Assembly: GCF_004010195.1 (NCBI RefSeq)
Contig: NC_057718.1
Span: 61,486,095 to 61,538,237 of the forward strand
From: Chiloscyllium plagiosum
Taxonomy: Eukaryota
Reading direction: 5' to 3'
Length of the DNA: 52,143 bases
The notes under the pieces were generated by a model, which saw only the letters and a program-made list of their open reading frames with translations, searched no databases and was not told where the DNA came from. Shown here piece after piece: positions 1 through 11,356 of this stretch (positions within the stretch are counted from its first letter, which is position 1; the number at the start of each line of letters is the position of its first letter). Position numbers and translations under genes: made by a program.

Positions 1-172
1 TTGGTTCAGTAATGTCCTTTAGGGAAAAAAACTTGCCATCCTCACCTGGTCTGGCCTAAATGTGACTCCAACTCCACAGCAATGTGGTTGACTCTCAACT
101 GCCCTCTTGGAATTAAGGATGGACAATCAATATTGGCCTGGCCAGTGATGACCACATCCCATGAACAAATTA
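1..172 (+). mobile_element. 3' half of a tRNA-derived SINE whose body and tail match the LINE at 33327-36420
   Basis: Contains GTGACTCCA..CCACAGCAATGTGGTTGACTCTCAACTGCCCTCT then a TGGCCTGGCCAGTGATGACCACATCCCATGAA tail; same sequence at 2206-2539 (-), 8935-9165 (+) and 36240-36420 (-). Confidence 0.8.
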
Positions 173-334
173 AGACAAAGTGTTTCTTGCAGTACTGTAA
201 GTACCATCACTGATGTTTGTTTAGTTTTTGGGGAAGTACCCAGTTGGTCTCTCTACCTTAGATTCATCTTCTGAAGGAGAATAGTCCTGAACCCCTCTCA
301 ACCCCTGTTTATTATTTTGGTTGCCCTCTGCAGA

Positions 335-550
335 GATAGTTTCTTTACTCAGAGAGTAGCAGGGATATAGAACGCACAGCTAGCAACAGTAGTAGACGCG
401 CCAACTTTATGGGCATTTAAGTGGTCATTGGATAGGCATATGGACGAGAATGGAATAGTGTGGGTTAGATGGGCTTCAGATTGGTTTCACAGATCGATGC
501 AGTATCGAGGGCTAAAGGGCCTGTACTGCGCTGTTATGTTCCATGTTCTG
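335..550 (+). mobile_element. CR1-clade LINE 3' terminal fragment
   Basis: ORF2 C-terminus-like FFTQRVA..AFKWSLDRHM, then GAGGGCTAAAGGGCCTGTACTGCGCTG and a short-repeat (ATGTTC) tail typical of CR1 3' ends. Confidence 0.85.
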
Positions 551-2205
551 TAAATGACAAATGTGGCAAATTATTTCTCTCCATATTTCACAGGGAATGC
601 TCAGTGTCTACGTTATGCAGCAGAAAGTGGATGTAGATTCACTACCTTGGAACTACAACCATTTGTACTGTTCCAGGATTTCTGGGACCTCCCCCAGTAA
701 GTGAACCCGGGCCTGCACCAACACGTTCAAAGAACTGAAGCAAGATGGAAGGGCCATGATCTTCCCATTTCAGGTTATGCCCAAAGGCATCAATTTCAGA
801 GTCATCAAAAGGTGTTGGCAATGGGTTTTTTAATCTGAGACCATCTTTTCAGGGGCCTAGGCAAAGGCACTTTGAGAATATAAGTCATCCAAAATAGCTT
901 GGCATTTAGAAAAGCTCTGGCTCCTGTTTTCCAGCAGTGTTTTAGCCATGCCCATGCTCTTGTGGTTATTTCCCAGTGTGATGGCCCGTACTGGCAGCAT
1001 GCCTGGGTCATCCAGAGCAATGCAGCATACTCTGAATGTGCTGCCACTGCCCAGTGATTGAACAAATGAGGTGGGTGAAGTAATCCATATCACTGACCAA
1101 GTTAGATATCTATGCTGCGGCTTAATGTGCTGTTTTTAATGATTGATTTCATGATCAAGATCTTTGGCTTTGAAACAAGACATTGCAGCAGGGAGGTCTT
1201 CAAAGCCACTGATCTGTGGTTTTTATTGGAAAGTGTGCAGGTTTAGACAGGGCACACTCTAAAACGATAGTAATAAGCTCAGAGTTCCATGTACGAAAAC
1301 AAAATTTTCCTTAATGAGTTCTGCTAGCCAACAATCTAATTATAAACAGACGGAATCACAGAATGGAATCCTCAAAACACTGGCAACATTCTGGAAACCC
1401 CTTCTAATAAAATGCAATTTAACTTATTTAGACACTATAAAGCAGTGGCTCTGGAGATGTGCCTTCAGGAGATTTTCCAATTTTTAAAGAATGTTCAGGC
1501 ACAATTTGAAAATGCATTAGTCTACATGGAGCCCACTTCCTTGCTGTTAACTGTCATTGATTCTTCTCCCACCCACTGCACTGTCGCCTCCAGATCCTTT
1601 TCACTGAGCTCCAATTCCAGCTCCTGAAATTTCCATCATTGTATTTCAGTGCATTTGTTCTAATCCATTTCTCCAAATGCATTTGAAAATCATAAAATTA
1701 CTAAGAAAAACCTTCAGTCATAAATGTCCAGCTTTTATGAAGTTGTATTATCTACCCAGATAAAGTAAGGTTGCAATGCCAAAGCTTCACAGTTGGGAAC
1801 CATTTAGAATGAAAAGAACAACTGAGCAAATTGTGAAAGCCAATGTACCAGAAAATTATTTTAATTTCTGTTTGAGTCTTGCATATTTACAGTTATACAT
1901 ATAAATAGCATTAACAGGGGTAAAGATGGTGAATATGATAAGGACAGGATTGGTGAATGAATTAGGGTTAGGGAGTCAGACAGGGATCGAGATGAAGTTA
2001 GAGAAGGGATAGGAATGAAGAATGGAGTAATATAATGATGGGGATTAGGAAAAGGGACATGAACAGGAAAATACAAGGGCAAGGGTAAAGTCAGGAGAGA
2101 TGGCAAATGCTAATCAATTTTTCATTTCTGTGATGTTTAGCATTGTTTTTTCCCTGATGCTGGCTACTGAGTGAAGGTCAAAGTTGCAAGAAGGAGTAGA
2201 GGTAG

Positions 2206-2539
2206 TTTTTGTTTTAATCCATTCACAGGAGAAGGGCATTATTGGCTAACCCAGCATTTAACCCAGAGGGCAGTTAAGAGTCAACCACATTGCTGTGGGT
2301 CTGGAGTCATAGACTTGGTAGGGATGGCAGATTCCTTCCCTGAATTAACCAGATAGGTTTTTCTAGCCATCAGCAATGGTTTTATGGTCATCATTAGACT
2401 CTTAATCCCACCTTTTTTTTGTTGTTCAGCTCAAACTCCACAGTCTGCCATGGTGGGATTTGAACTCAGGTCCCCAGTACATTCCCTGGGTCTCTGAATT
2501 AACAGTCCAGTAGCAATACCACGAGGCCCTTGCCTCTCC
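2206..2539 (-). mobile_element. Near full-length tRNA-derived SINE (tRNA head + LINE-derived body and tail)
   Basis: Minus strand starts GGAGAGGCAAGGGCCTCGTGG (A-box-like) ... GAGTTCAAATCCC (B-box), followed by the shared CCACAGCAATGTGGTTGACTCTTAACTGCCCTCT body and TAAATGCTGG tail. Confidence 0.85.
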
Positions 2540-3974
2540 TCCCCACCAGGTGTTGTGTCCTTTATTTGAACATGTTAACACATTATCTCCCTGCTAGTGG
2601 ACTAATAGTTCCTTGGTTGAAGTCCAGAGGTAGGTAATAATGTCTCTGAATCGGTTGATTCGAAAAAAATCTAACAGCTTAGTGTCTGCTTCTAAGCTGG
2701 GTAACCAGGTTTAGTCCTGGGCCTGCACCAGAATTGTATGTATATAGCACAGAGGCTGATTTGGACACAAAAAAACACTTCCATTGCATTGAAAGTCTGT
2801 GCACTACGAAGCCAAACTGTGAAAAAAAAATCCCTGACAATTTAAGGCTGTGCTGGTTGGCAGTGGCATGATGGGCCATATTATTCTTAAATTGTTGTCA
2901 TTAACCATAACGCATGATACGAATGATCCAAGTATGTCATACAAAGCTCATCTTTAATTAACCACATTCCAAATGCGGTTTAGTACCAGAAAGGTTAGAT
3001 AATATGAAAAGAGATTGATGTGACTTCCTCATGCATGCTGAATCTGCTGGGATCAGCTGATATTTTTCCAGCACTTTTTACTTTTTTTATGTCAAAACAT
3101 TTTAGTGCAGTCACCAGATGAACCTGCCTCTTGAATGCATATGCTTACATATTGAAGTAGATGTAATCTAGCATGAAACAAAATCAATGCTTAGAGTGTA
3201 GCAGTTGCATAAAGTGTATCATCAAATACAACAGCTAAATTTCAAGCAAAATGATAATGCTAGCACAGAAGACTGAGGAAAGGGTGATGCTTGCGAAGGT
3301 ATTCTTCAGATATTGTACTTTTTTTGTCCATATTTGAAAGAAATCTAAAACTATGTTGTATTTGAGACTACACAAAGAAAATTAGTCCCTAGATAGCCCC
3401 AGGGAAGTTAAATCTTTTTCAAGGAAATTAATAACAGCTCACAAAGGTCTAAGCGATTGTGATCTGGTAAAGCAGTGGAAAAGTGCAAATGATATCAGAT
3501 GCCCAGTGGTAAAAATGAACAGTAAAGCAGGGAAGACTAGTACCAAATGCTAATGGCAGAGGTCATCCAATGTAAATGAGTGTAACCCTTTGAGTACAAT
3601 GGAATTGTCAATTGATATTGCAGGCAAATATCAGGCAGCCAGCATGTCCATCTCCTGATATTTCTTTCTGCCTCTGTTATATTGTGAACAGATTTAAAAG
3701 ATTATTAAAGATACTTTGTGGGTTCACAGAGCTGCTCTATGCATGCTTTGTTGTAAAATCATTGGTCTGTATCTATTTTTCTAGTCATCCTTCACCCTTG
3801 GCTATCCTGTACACACATTAAATCTGCTCTATATTAAGGTAAGAAAATGTGGACTACCTCACTTTCATGTTGCAATATGTCTGACAGAGCAGTCAAAGTC
3901 TCACAAAATACATGCAATAAATGCACACATATTTGTTCATCATCCTACCTAGCCCCCAATCCCACTGCTAATTA

Positions 3975-4935
3975 GAATGTAAGGATGTAAGAAAAAAGAC
4001 ATGGGGTAGGTCATTAGGTTCTTTAAACCTATTTCTACTCAATAAAAACATGGTTGATCTTCAACCTCATCTCCACTTACCACATTGTTGAAATAGCCCT
4101 TAGTTCTCTTAGTACTCAAAAAAAAAGTATCAACCTCTGTCTTGAATACATTCAGTGACTGGGTTTCTGGGCTACAGAATTCCTAAGATTCACAATGCTT
4201 TGAGTAAATAAATTGCCTCTTGCCTCTGCATTAAATGCATAACTCTGTATTCTAATACTGTACCCTCAAGTTCTAGACTTACCAACCATGGAAACATTTC
4301 CTCAGCATTTAACCTGTCACGCTCCCTAAGAAATGTTATATGTTTCAACTTGAACGCCTCTAATTGATCTTAATTCCATGGCATACGGGTCTAGTCCACT
4401 TGATTTTACCTCTTAGGGCAATCCTCTCATCCCAGAAACTAGTTTTGTGAATCCTTTTTGCTCACCCTCTTGGGGAGTTGTATTTCATTTTTGATGATAA
4501 GCAGACCTCAACCATGGTCACTGCTTATGTTTGGTCTCATTAATACCCTGCTACATTGTAATAAGACTTCTTTGCTCTTACACTCCAATCTGTTTGCAAC
4601 AAAAAGCTAACAAAGCTTCCTAGTTGCTCACTGTAATTTAATGTTAACTTTAGCTGACTTGTGGACAAGAATACACAGGTCCTTCTGCATGCATCTATTT
4701 CTATCTGTGTCACCATTCAAAAAATATGTTGCTTTCTTATTTTTCCCACCAAAGTGGATAACTTCACCACATTGTATTCCATCAGCCAAGTTCTTCCCAC
4801 TCACCAACCAATCCACCCATTCTGTAATCTCTTTGAATCCTCTTTGCTACATTTTATTCCATCCAACTTCAGAAAAAATATGGACACATTACACTTAGTC
4901 CCTTTTGCTTAGTCATTAATATGCATTGTAAACTG
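3975..4935 (-). mobile_element. Old, degraded CR1 LINE 3' region (RT C-terminus and 3' UTR)
   Basis: ORF 4628-4816(-) reads ..EVIHFGGKNKKATYFLNG..QKDLCILVHKSAKV, the CR1 post-RT motif; repeat tail near 3975. Confidence 0.8.
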
Positions 4936-4944
4936 CTGAAGCAG

Positions 4945-5060
4945 TCTTCCCACATGACAGCAACAACTACACTTCAAACGTACTTTGTTGACTGTAAAGT
5001 GCTTTGAAATGTCTGATGACCATGAATGGAGATAAATAAATGCAAGTCTTTCCTTTCTTC
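4945..5060 (+). mobile_element. 3' tail of a Deu-domain SINE (SacSINE1-like)
   Basis: CTACACTTCAAACGTACTTTGTTGACTGTAAAGTGCTTTG..ATAAATGCAAGTCTTTC resembles the reverse complement of 23390-23460. Confidence 0.6.
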
Positions 5061-5099
5061 TGCTAGTCATATCCTGGCAATCTCAAAATGTTTCATATA

Positions 5100-5275
5100 C
5101 AGAGGAACCTCAATTGTCCGGCATTCAATTAATCTGAATTCTGGATTATCCGGCAAGATCACAAAGTCCCAATGCTTGACAATGCTGTGTTATCTGGCAT
5201 TCGATTATTCAAACATTCAATTATTCAAACAAAATATTCCCTACCCATGTCATTCGGAAAATTGAGGTTCCTCTG
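5100..5275. mobile_element. Tc1/mariner-superfamily (pogo/Tigger-like) MITE
   Basis: Perfect 16-bp TIR CAGAGGAACCTCAATT / AATTGAGGTTCCTCTG (20 of 21 when extended), flanked by TA at 5098-5099 and 5276-5277; internal CATTC(A/G)ATTA repeats. Confidence 0.92.
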
Positions 5276-5404
5276 TATTCCTCTTGTTTGTTTTTGCTTC
5301 ATTATGTTAGCCAAATTCCATGAGTCCTACATTTTGTGCTCTACTAATGAGGTATCTAATCAAGATCACATATTTAATTATATGAATAGCCAAGAAACCC
5401 TCCA

Positions 5405-6385
5405 CATAGAATCAAAGAACTAAGAACAATACAGTACAGGAACAGGCCCTCTGGCCCTCCAAGCCTGCACTGACACATCTTGCTCTTCTGTACAAAACCT
5501 GCTTTAACTTACAGGATCCTGTATCCCTCTATTCCCCTTCCTATTCATGCATTTGTCCGGGTGCCTCTTGAATGCTGCTATTGTGTTTGCTTCCACCATC
5601 CTCTCACAGTGCAATTTAGGCACTCACCACCCTTTGTGTGAAAACCTTGCCTTGCACATCTCTTTTAAACTTTCCCCTCCCCCCACATCTTGAACCTGTC
5701 CCAAACTTTGCTGTCTATCACTGTTAAGTCCATTTGCTTCTAAATGTGTATGAATCTTGTCCCTGCAAAACTTTTCCAATAATTTCCCTCTCATCGGCAT
5801 GAGGCTCACAGGCCTGTAATTTCCTGGATTATCCCTGCTACCCTTCTTAAACAATGGGACAGCATTGGCTATTCTCCAGTCCTCTGGGACCTCACCTGTG
5901 GTCAAAGAGGATACAAAGATGCCTGTCAATTTTCCAGCAATTTGTTCTCTTGCCTCCCTCCATATCCTGGGGTAGATCCCATCAGGACCCGGGGACCTAT
6001 CTACCTTAATACTTCTTAAGACGCACAACACTTCTTCCTTTTTAATAGCAACTGGGCTTAGAAATTTGACACTCCCTTCCCTGAGATCAACCTCCACTAA
6101 TTCCTTCTCTTTGGTGAACACTGTCACAAAGTATTTGCCTGGACCTCAGCTCCCTCCTCTGGCTTCACATAATGATTCCCTCCTTTGTCCATGTGTGGGC
6201 CAACTCTTTCCCTGGTTACCCTCTTGCGTTTTATGTATGTATAAAAAACCTTGGGATTCTCCTTAATCCTGTTTGCTAACAATTTTTCATGACCCCTTGT
6301 AGTCCTTCTAATTCTTTGTTTAAGTTCTTTCCTACTTTCTTTATATACTTCAAGGTATTCATCAGCTCCCAATTTATCAAAACGT
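5405..6385 (-). mobile_element. CR1 LINE, 5'-truncated and internally deleted
   Basis: ORFs 6124-6372 and 5624-6127 give IKENPKVFYTYIK..SPGPDGIYPR..VPEDWRIANAVPLFKKGSRDNPGNYRPVSL; joins the 3' terminus near 5700; repeat tail at about 5405. Confidence 0.92.
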
Positions 6386-7485
6386 ACCTGCTACTCACCA
6401 ACAACAGTTCCAGAAGCTGTTTTGGCTTGTGCTCCTTTACCTGCTGGAACTCTCACTGCCCACCTTCCTCTCACAATGTCACTTCAATCTGATTACAGTC
6501 TGAAGGAAAGAAAATTTAAGAAAGGATCAGATGGACAATGTATCAGAACAATTTCATAATAATGCACAGTGAAACGAGACATTGAAGACTTTCAGTAGGC
6601 TACGTTAACAGAAAAATAGCAATATAATGCCTCTGATGTATAATTACTCAGCCCTTGTTCTGGTAGATATGACTGGTACATGGGAAATCTACAAAATGTT
6701 AATTTACTTCAGAGTGCAGAAAACAGGGAAATAGAATTTCAACCTCATTACACTCTTTACTGGATCAGGTCATTTTCAGGCATATCTGACTGTGAGAAAA
6801 GCCTTAGGTTCCTAAGAGGTGTCAAGGTGGGTATTTCAAAATGGAGCAGAACCCAGAACTGCTCTCTTTGGGATTCATAAGTTAATACTACAGCCTGAGG
6901 TAGGTTGGTTTAAAACAATGGAGGGAAGGAAGATACTCATGAAGCTACCAGGAGCAGGAGTGTTTCTTGACTACAATAGTCTAATCCACAGTCCAGCCCT
7001 CCTTCCACCCTCTACCAGTCTTCAGCAAGCCAACTGAACCAGTGTTCATTTCCTCAAATAGATGAGGCTTCCCATGGAGGCATAACAGAGCTGGGCACTC
7101 GTCCAATTACCCATAAGGCTTGAGGCCCAAATTTTGTTCAAATCTTCCCAGTACAATCCATATTGCAGTCACATCCCTATTCTTGTGGTTAAAACCGGTT
7201 ACCTTAGAATGCTTAGCCCAGCATGATGTAACAATTGATGTTACTTTTGTGCAATAAGCTCAGTAGATCTGTGGAAAACTATAAGTATCTTGGTGGGAAA
7301 GCACTTTGATCAATAATGCAGAAAGGGACAATGAGCAGATTCCAGGAAACAGCGCAAAACCTACCCAGCTGGATAGTTCATTGTCAAAACCAAACCGTCA
7401 GCACTGAGATTCCACCAGGTCCAAATTGCGTGAAATTAAAGCAAAGGTGGAGTCAAGAAATGATCTGTGCAATTTCAAAGTGAGT

Positions 7486-7503
7486 GGGGGGGGGGGGGGG
7501 GGA
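7486..7503 (+). repeat. Poly-G tract (G18)
   Basis: 18 consecutive G. Confidence 0.95.
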
Positions 7504-7654
7504 GTAAAGAGATGAAAATTTAAAAGGATTGCAGGAGAGAAAGCTAAACATTTGAACTTATTAGTGATCATATTATCATTGTGGAATTAAATATAGAGGA
7601 AAACTTATCTTGATGAATAATCACTGCTTGGTGCATGGCCAGCGCACACTATCT

Positions 7655-7938
7655 CGCATGGTGGCTCAGTGGTTAGCACTGCTGCCTCACAGCACCAGGG
7701 TCCCAGGTTCAATTCCAGCCTTGGGTGACTGTCTGTGTGGAATTTACATATTCTCCCTGTGTCTGTGTGGGTTTCCTCCCACAGTCCAAAAGATGTGCAG
7801 GTCAGGTGAATTGACCATGCTAAATTGTCCATGGTGTTAGTCAGAGGGAAATGGGGCTGGGTGGGTTACTCTTCAGAGGATCGGTGTGGATTTGTTGGGC
7901 CAAAGGGCCTGTTTCCACACTGTAAGTAATCTAATCTC
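7655..7938 (+). mobile_element. HE1-type V-SINE
   Basis: tRNA head TGGCTCAGTGG (A box)..GGTTCAATTCC (B box); V-domain GTGTGGAATTTACATATTCTCCC..CCCACAGTCCAAAAGATGTGCAG; CR1-like tail AAGGGCCTGTTTCCACACTGT with TAATC repeats. Confidence 0.92.
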
Positions 7939-8249
7939 ATTGTGTCTCAGGTACTGCTAGGTAACTAAATCCTGCAGATTTTAAGGGAACGTCCCAAAGA
8001 TAAAAACAGTATGACTATCACAGATCTAAGACTCTGACTTAATGTTATGTGTAGAAATGTGCGCTTTTTAAAAACTTTATAAACTTCATACGATTGTAGG
8101 ACACAATGCCATAAACTGGCAAAAGAATTAAGTCAGTGATTTTCAGTGTAAATTTGGAAAAAAATTGTATCTTGCATTTTTCTTCCATGTTATCGCCTCG
8201 TTTTCTTTTTGAACGTTGGCAGTGAAATGTGTTAGGTGAAGCATGCAGG

Positions 8250-9165
8250 AGAAGTGATAATCCAGTGGTATTATCACTGATCTGTTAATGCTGAGACCTA
8301 GCTAATAGAGTCATAGAGTCATAGAGATGTACAGCACGGAAACAGACCCTTCGGGGGTCCAACCCGTCCATGCCAACCAGATGTCCCAACCCGATCTAGT
8401 CCCACCTGCCAGCACCCGGCCCATATCCCTCCAAACCCTTCCTATTCATATACCCATCCAAATGCCTTTTAAATGTAACAATTGTACCAGCCTCCACAAC
8501 ATCCTCTGGCAGCTCATTCCATATATGTACCACCCTCTGCGTGAAAACGTTGCCCCTTAGGTATCTTTTATATCTTTCCCCTCTCATCCTAAACCTATGC
8601 CCTCTAGTTCTGGACTCCCCAACCCCAGGGAAAATACTTTGTCTATTTATCCTATCCATGCCCCTCATAATTTTGTAAACCTCTANNNNNNNNNCCTCCG
8701 CGCTCCAGGGAAAACAGCCCCAGCCTGTTCAGCCTCTCCCTGTAGCTCAGATCCTCCAACCCTGGCAACATCCTTGTAAATCTTTTCTGAATCCTTTCAA
8801 GTTTCACAACATCTTTCCGATAGGAAGGAGACCAGAATTGCATGCAATATTCCAACAGTGGCCTAACCAATGTCCTGTACAGCCGCAACATGACCTCCCA
8901 ACTCCTGTACTCAATACTCTGACCAATAAAGGATAGTGGAATTTGAAATCAATTAAAATATGAGTTAAGGTTCTAATGAATGGATTATCAAGAGAAAACC
9001 CATCTGGTTTACCAATGTACTTTAGAGAAGGAAAGTGCCATCTTTACTTGATCCAGGCTCCATATGACTCCAGAACCACAGCAATGTGGTTGACTCTTAA
9101 GTACCCCCTGTGCAAGAAATACCAGTGTTGCCAGCAATGCCCTTATCCCATGAATGAGTTTTTAA
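8250..9165 (+). mobile_element. tRNA-derived SINE (family of 2206-2539) split by a CR1 insertion
   Basis: Head AGTGGTATTATCACTGATCTGTTAAT at 8263-8290; body resumes near 8935 and includes CCACAGCAATGTGGTTGACTCTTAA and the ATCCCATGAATGA tail. Confidence 0.75.
8306..8932 (-). mobile_element. Young HER1/CR1 LINE 3' fragment
   Basis: ORFs 8652-8891 and 8396-8668: LYRTLVRPLLEYCMQFWSPSYRKD..LSYRERLNRLGLFSLE..FTQRVVHIWNELP; tandem CTATGACT tail. Confidence 0.95.
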
Positions 9166-9199
9166 AAAGTTGCTTTTTTTCAGCTTGCTGCGTCTCCTA

Positions 9200-10100
9200 G
9201 AGTTAATCTCACCAACAATCTATCCTGGTCCATCTATGTCAATGCCACAGTCAAGAAAGCACACCAATGCCTGTACTTCCTCAGAAGGGTAAGGAAATTC
9301 ACCACATCCACAATGACTCTTATTAATTTATATAGATGCACCATATAAAGCATCCTAGCCAAATGCATGACAGCTTGCTATGGCAATTGTTCTGCCAAGA
9401 CCACAGGAAATTACAGGGAGTTGTGAATGCAGCCCAGTCCATCACAAAAACCAACCTTCTATCCATTGAGTACATCTACACTTCCTGCTGCATCAGGAAA
9501 ACAGCCAACATAATCAAAGACCCCTCCTGCCCTGGGTATACTCTCTTCCACCCTTGTCCATTGGGCAGAAGATACAAAAGTTTGAAAACATGAATGAGCA
9601 GATTTAAGGTCAGCTTCCTCCCTGCTGTTATCACACTTATGAATGGCCCTCTCGTATATTCGGAGCAACACGGTGGCTCAGTGGTTAGTACTGCTGCCTC
9701 ACAGCACCAGGGACCTCGGTTTAATTCCAGCCTCAGGTGATTGTCTGTGTGGAGTTTGCGTATTTTCCCTGTGTCTGTGTGGATTTGCTCTGGTTTCCTC
9801 TGACAGTCCAACGATGTGCAGGTTAGAGTGGATTGGCCATGGGAAATGCAGGATTATAGGGAGAGTGGTGGGTCTGGGTGAGATGCTCTTCAGAGAGGTG
9901 ATATGGACTCAATGAGCTAAATGGCCTGCTTCCACACTGTTGGAGCTCTGTGATGTTAAAGTTGATCCTCTCTGTGGGTGTAACACTCATTGTTCTGTTC
10001 TATTGCCCTGATGTACTTATGTTAGGTATGATTTGTCTAGTTAGCATGCAATACAATACTTTTCACCATGCCTCAGCACACATAACAATAATAAATTAAA
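9200..10100 (+). mobile_element. Rex1/Babar-like LINE 3' fragment interrupted by HE1
   Basis: Translates VNLTNNLSWSIYVNATVKKAHQCLYFLRRVRKF..YTSCCIRKTANIIKDPSCPGYTLFHPCPLGRRYKSLKT, characteristic of the Rex1 RT C-terminus; 3' UTR ends ACAATAATAAATTAAATC. Confidence 0.85.
9663..9955 (+). mobile_element. HE1-type V-SINE
   Basis: A/B boxes, V-domain and GGCCTGCTTCCACACTGT tail. Confidence 0.9.
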
Positions 10101-10109
10101 TCAGATGAG

Positions 10110-10320
10110 ATTTCTGGAGAGATGAGGAAAATTTCTTCACCTAAAGAAAGGTGAGCCCCAAAACATTCTCAAAAAGAAGATACATATCGTTCTTAGGACT
10201 AAGGGGAACAAAGATCTACAGAATACTAAATTGAATGAATAGCTATGAAAGTATAGAATGGTGAAAGAGACTCATAGGACCGAATGGCCTACTCCTGTTT
10301 GTATTTTCTACATTTCTCTG
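10110..10320 (+). mobile_element. Degraded CR1 3' terminal fragment
   Basis: GAGATGAGGAAAATTTCTTCAC..GGACCGAATGGCCTACTCCTGTT CR1 3' motif. Confidence 0.65.
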
Positions 10321-11356
10321 TTGTGTCATGATAATATGTTACAATGTTGCTTAGACTTTGGTACAAGTATACTTTGACACCGTTTTGATGAGAAGGAACC
10401 AGCAAGTAATTTAAACACCTTTAAGTGTGGCAACAAGTTTAATTATGTAAAGATTATATCATTTGTGAAAATCAAAAGGTTCTGTATTTTCATAGCTCAG
10501 ATAGGTACCACATTTAGAAGTGGAGAGAAATGGGAATACACATTATTTACAGAACTATTAAAAGAAAATAGCACTTTTGGTCTATTCAGGGAATGATTCC
10601 TGTAACTCTTTGTTCAGCTTCTAGAGTTCCGCTTTTTAACAGCCTGTATTTGATTCTTTAGCAACAGAGTAGTATACCTTTGAGTTTATTTAGCATGCGT
10701 TTTTTGTTGGGCAACAAAAGTACCTGCACAAGCTAATAGGATAATTGATTAATGTTAGCTTTATGAAAATTCTCATTTTTCTGAACTTTTATTACTCCAC
10801 AGTGCTCCACATAGAGATGAGACTCATTTCACTAAAAAGGGTGAAGAATAGGAAAATCAGTCAGAATAAGCTCAGATATTTAGAAACTGAGTGGTTAGGC
10901 AGATCCATAAATATGTAAAGCTAAGAACTTCCTTCCAGTTCATATTCTGAGATCCTTTTGGTTCAAGAGGGAGTGGGGAAATGTCTAAGAAAGGATTTAC
11001 AGTTTGCCAGCTGCTTTGGAGAAGGAGAGGGAGTTTATACATAACCAATGTCTGTGATGACCATGTAAATCTGTCCACCTTGCCCACATTTACAAAATGA
11101 ACTACTTTGCTTGTGGATGTGACTTTTTGATGTTCTGATTTAAGTTATCAGTGATCTAGAATCTGAAAGTCCAGCTGACTCTGAATGTTAAAGCTCAGTT
11201 AGTAACCTGTCATATGTTGCAGCATATGCCAAAGCCATTCTTGGGCCCTTGTGTCATAGGCCCTTTGATAACATTGCTTATAATTATTTGTAGGCAGTGA
11301 AGTCATTTAAGTACGAATCATTAGATGCCCAATTGAGCATTTAAGAACAGACCATT

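Noticed and set aside
643..1093. Overlapping minus-strand ORFs in unique sequence
   Set aside because: No recognisable domain, stops in all frames, no convincing splice pair on that strand.
1880..2105. Purine-rich tract containing TTAGGGTTAGGG, possible interstitial telomere
   Set aside because: Only two exact hexamers in a degenerate low-complexity tract; the 81-aa ORF is a by-product.
7486..7503. G18 tract (and C-run near 38008-38023) as functional G-quadruplex
   Set aside because: Homopolymers are common and error-prone in assemblies; no supporting context.
7605..7840. Recurrent ORFs such as VAQWLALLPHSTR.. and CKLHTDSHPRLE.. resembling a gene family
   Set aside because: They are translations of non-coding HE1 SINE copies.
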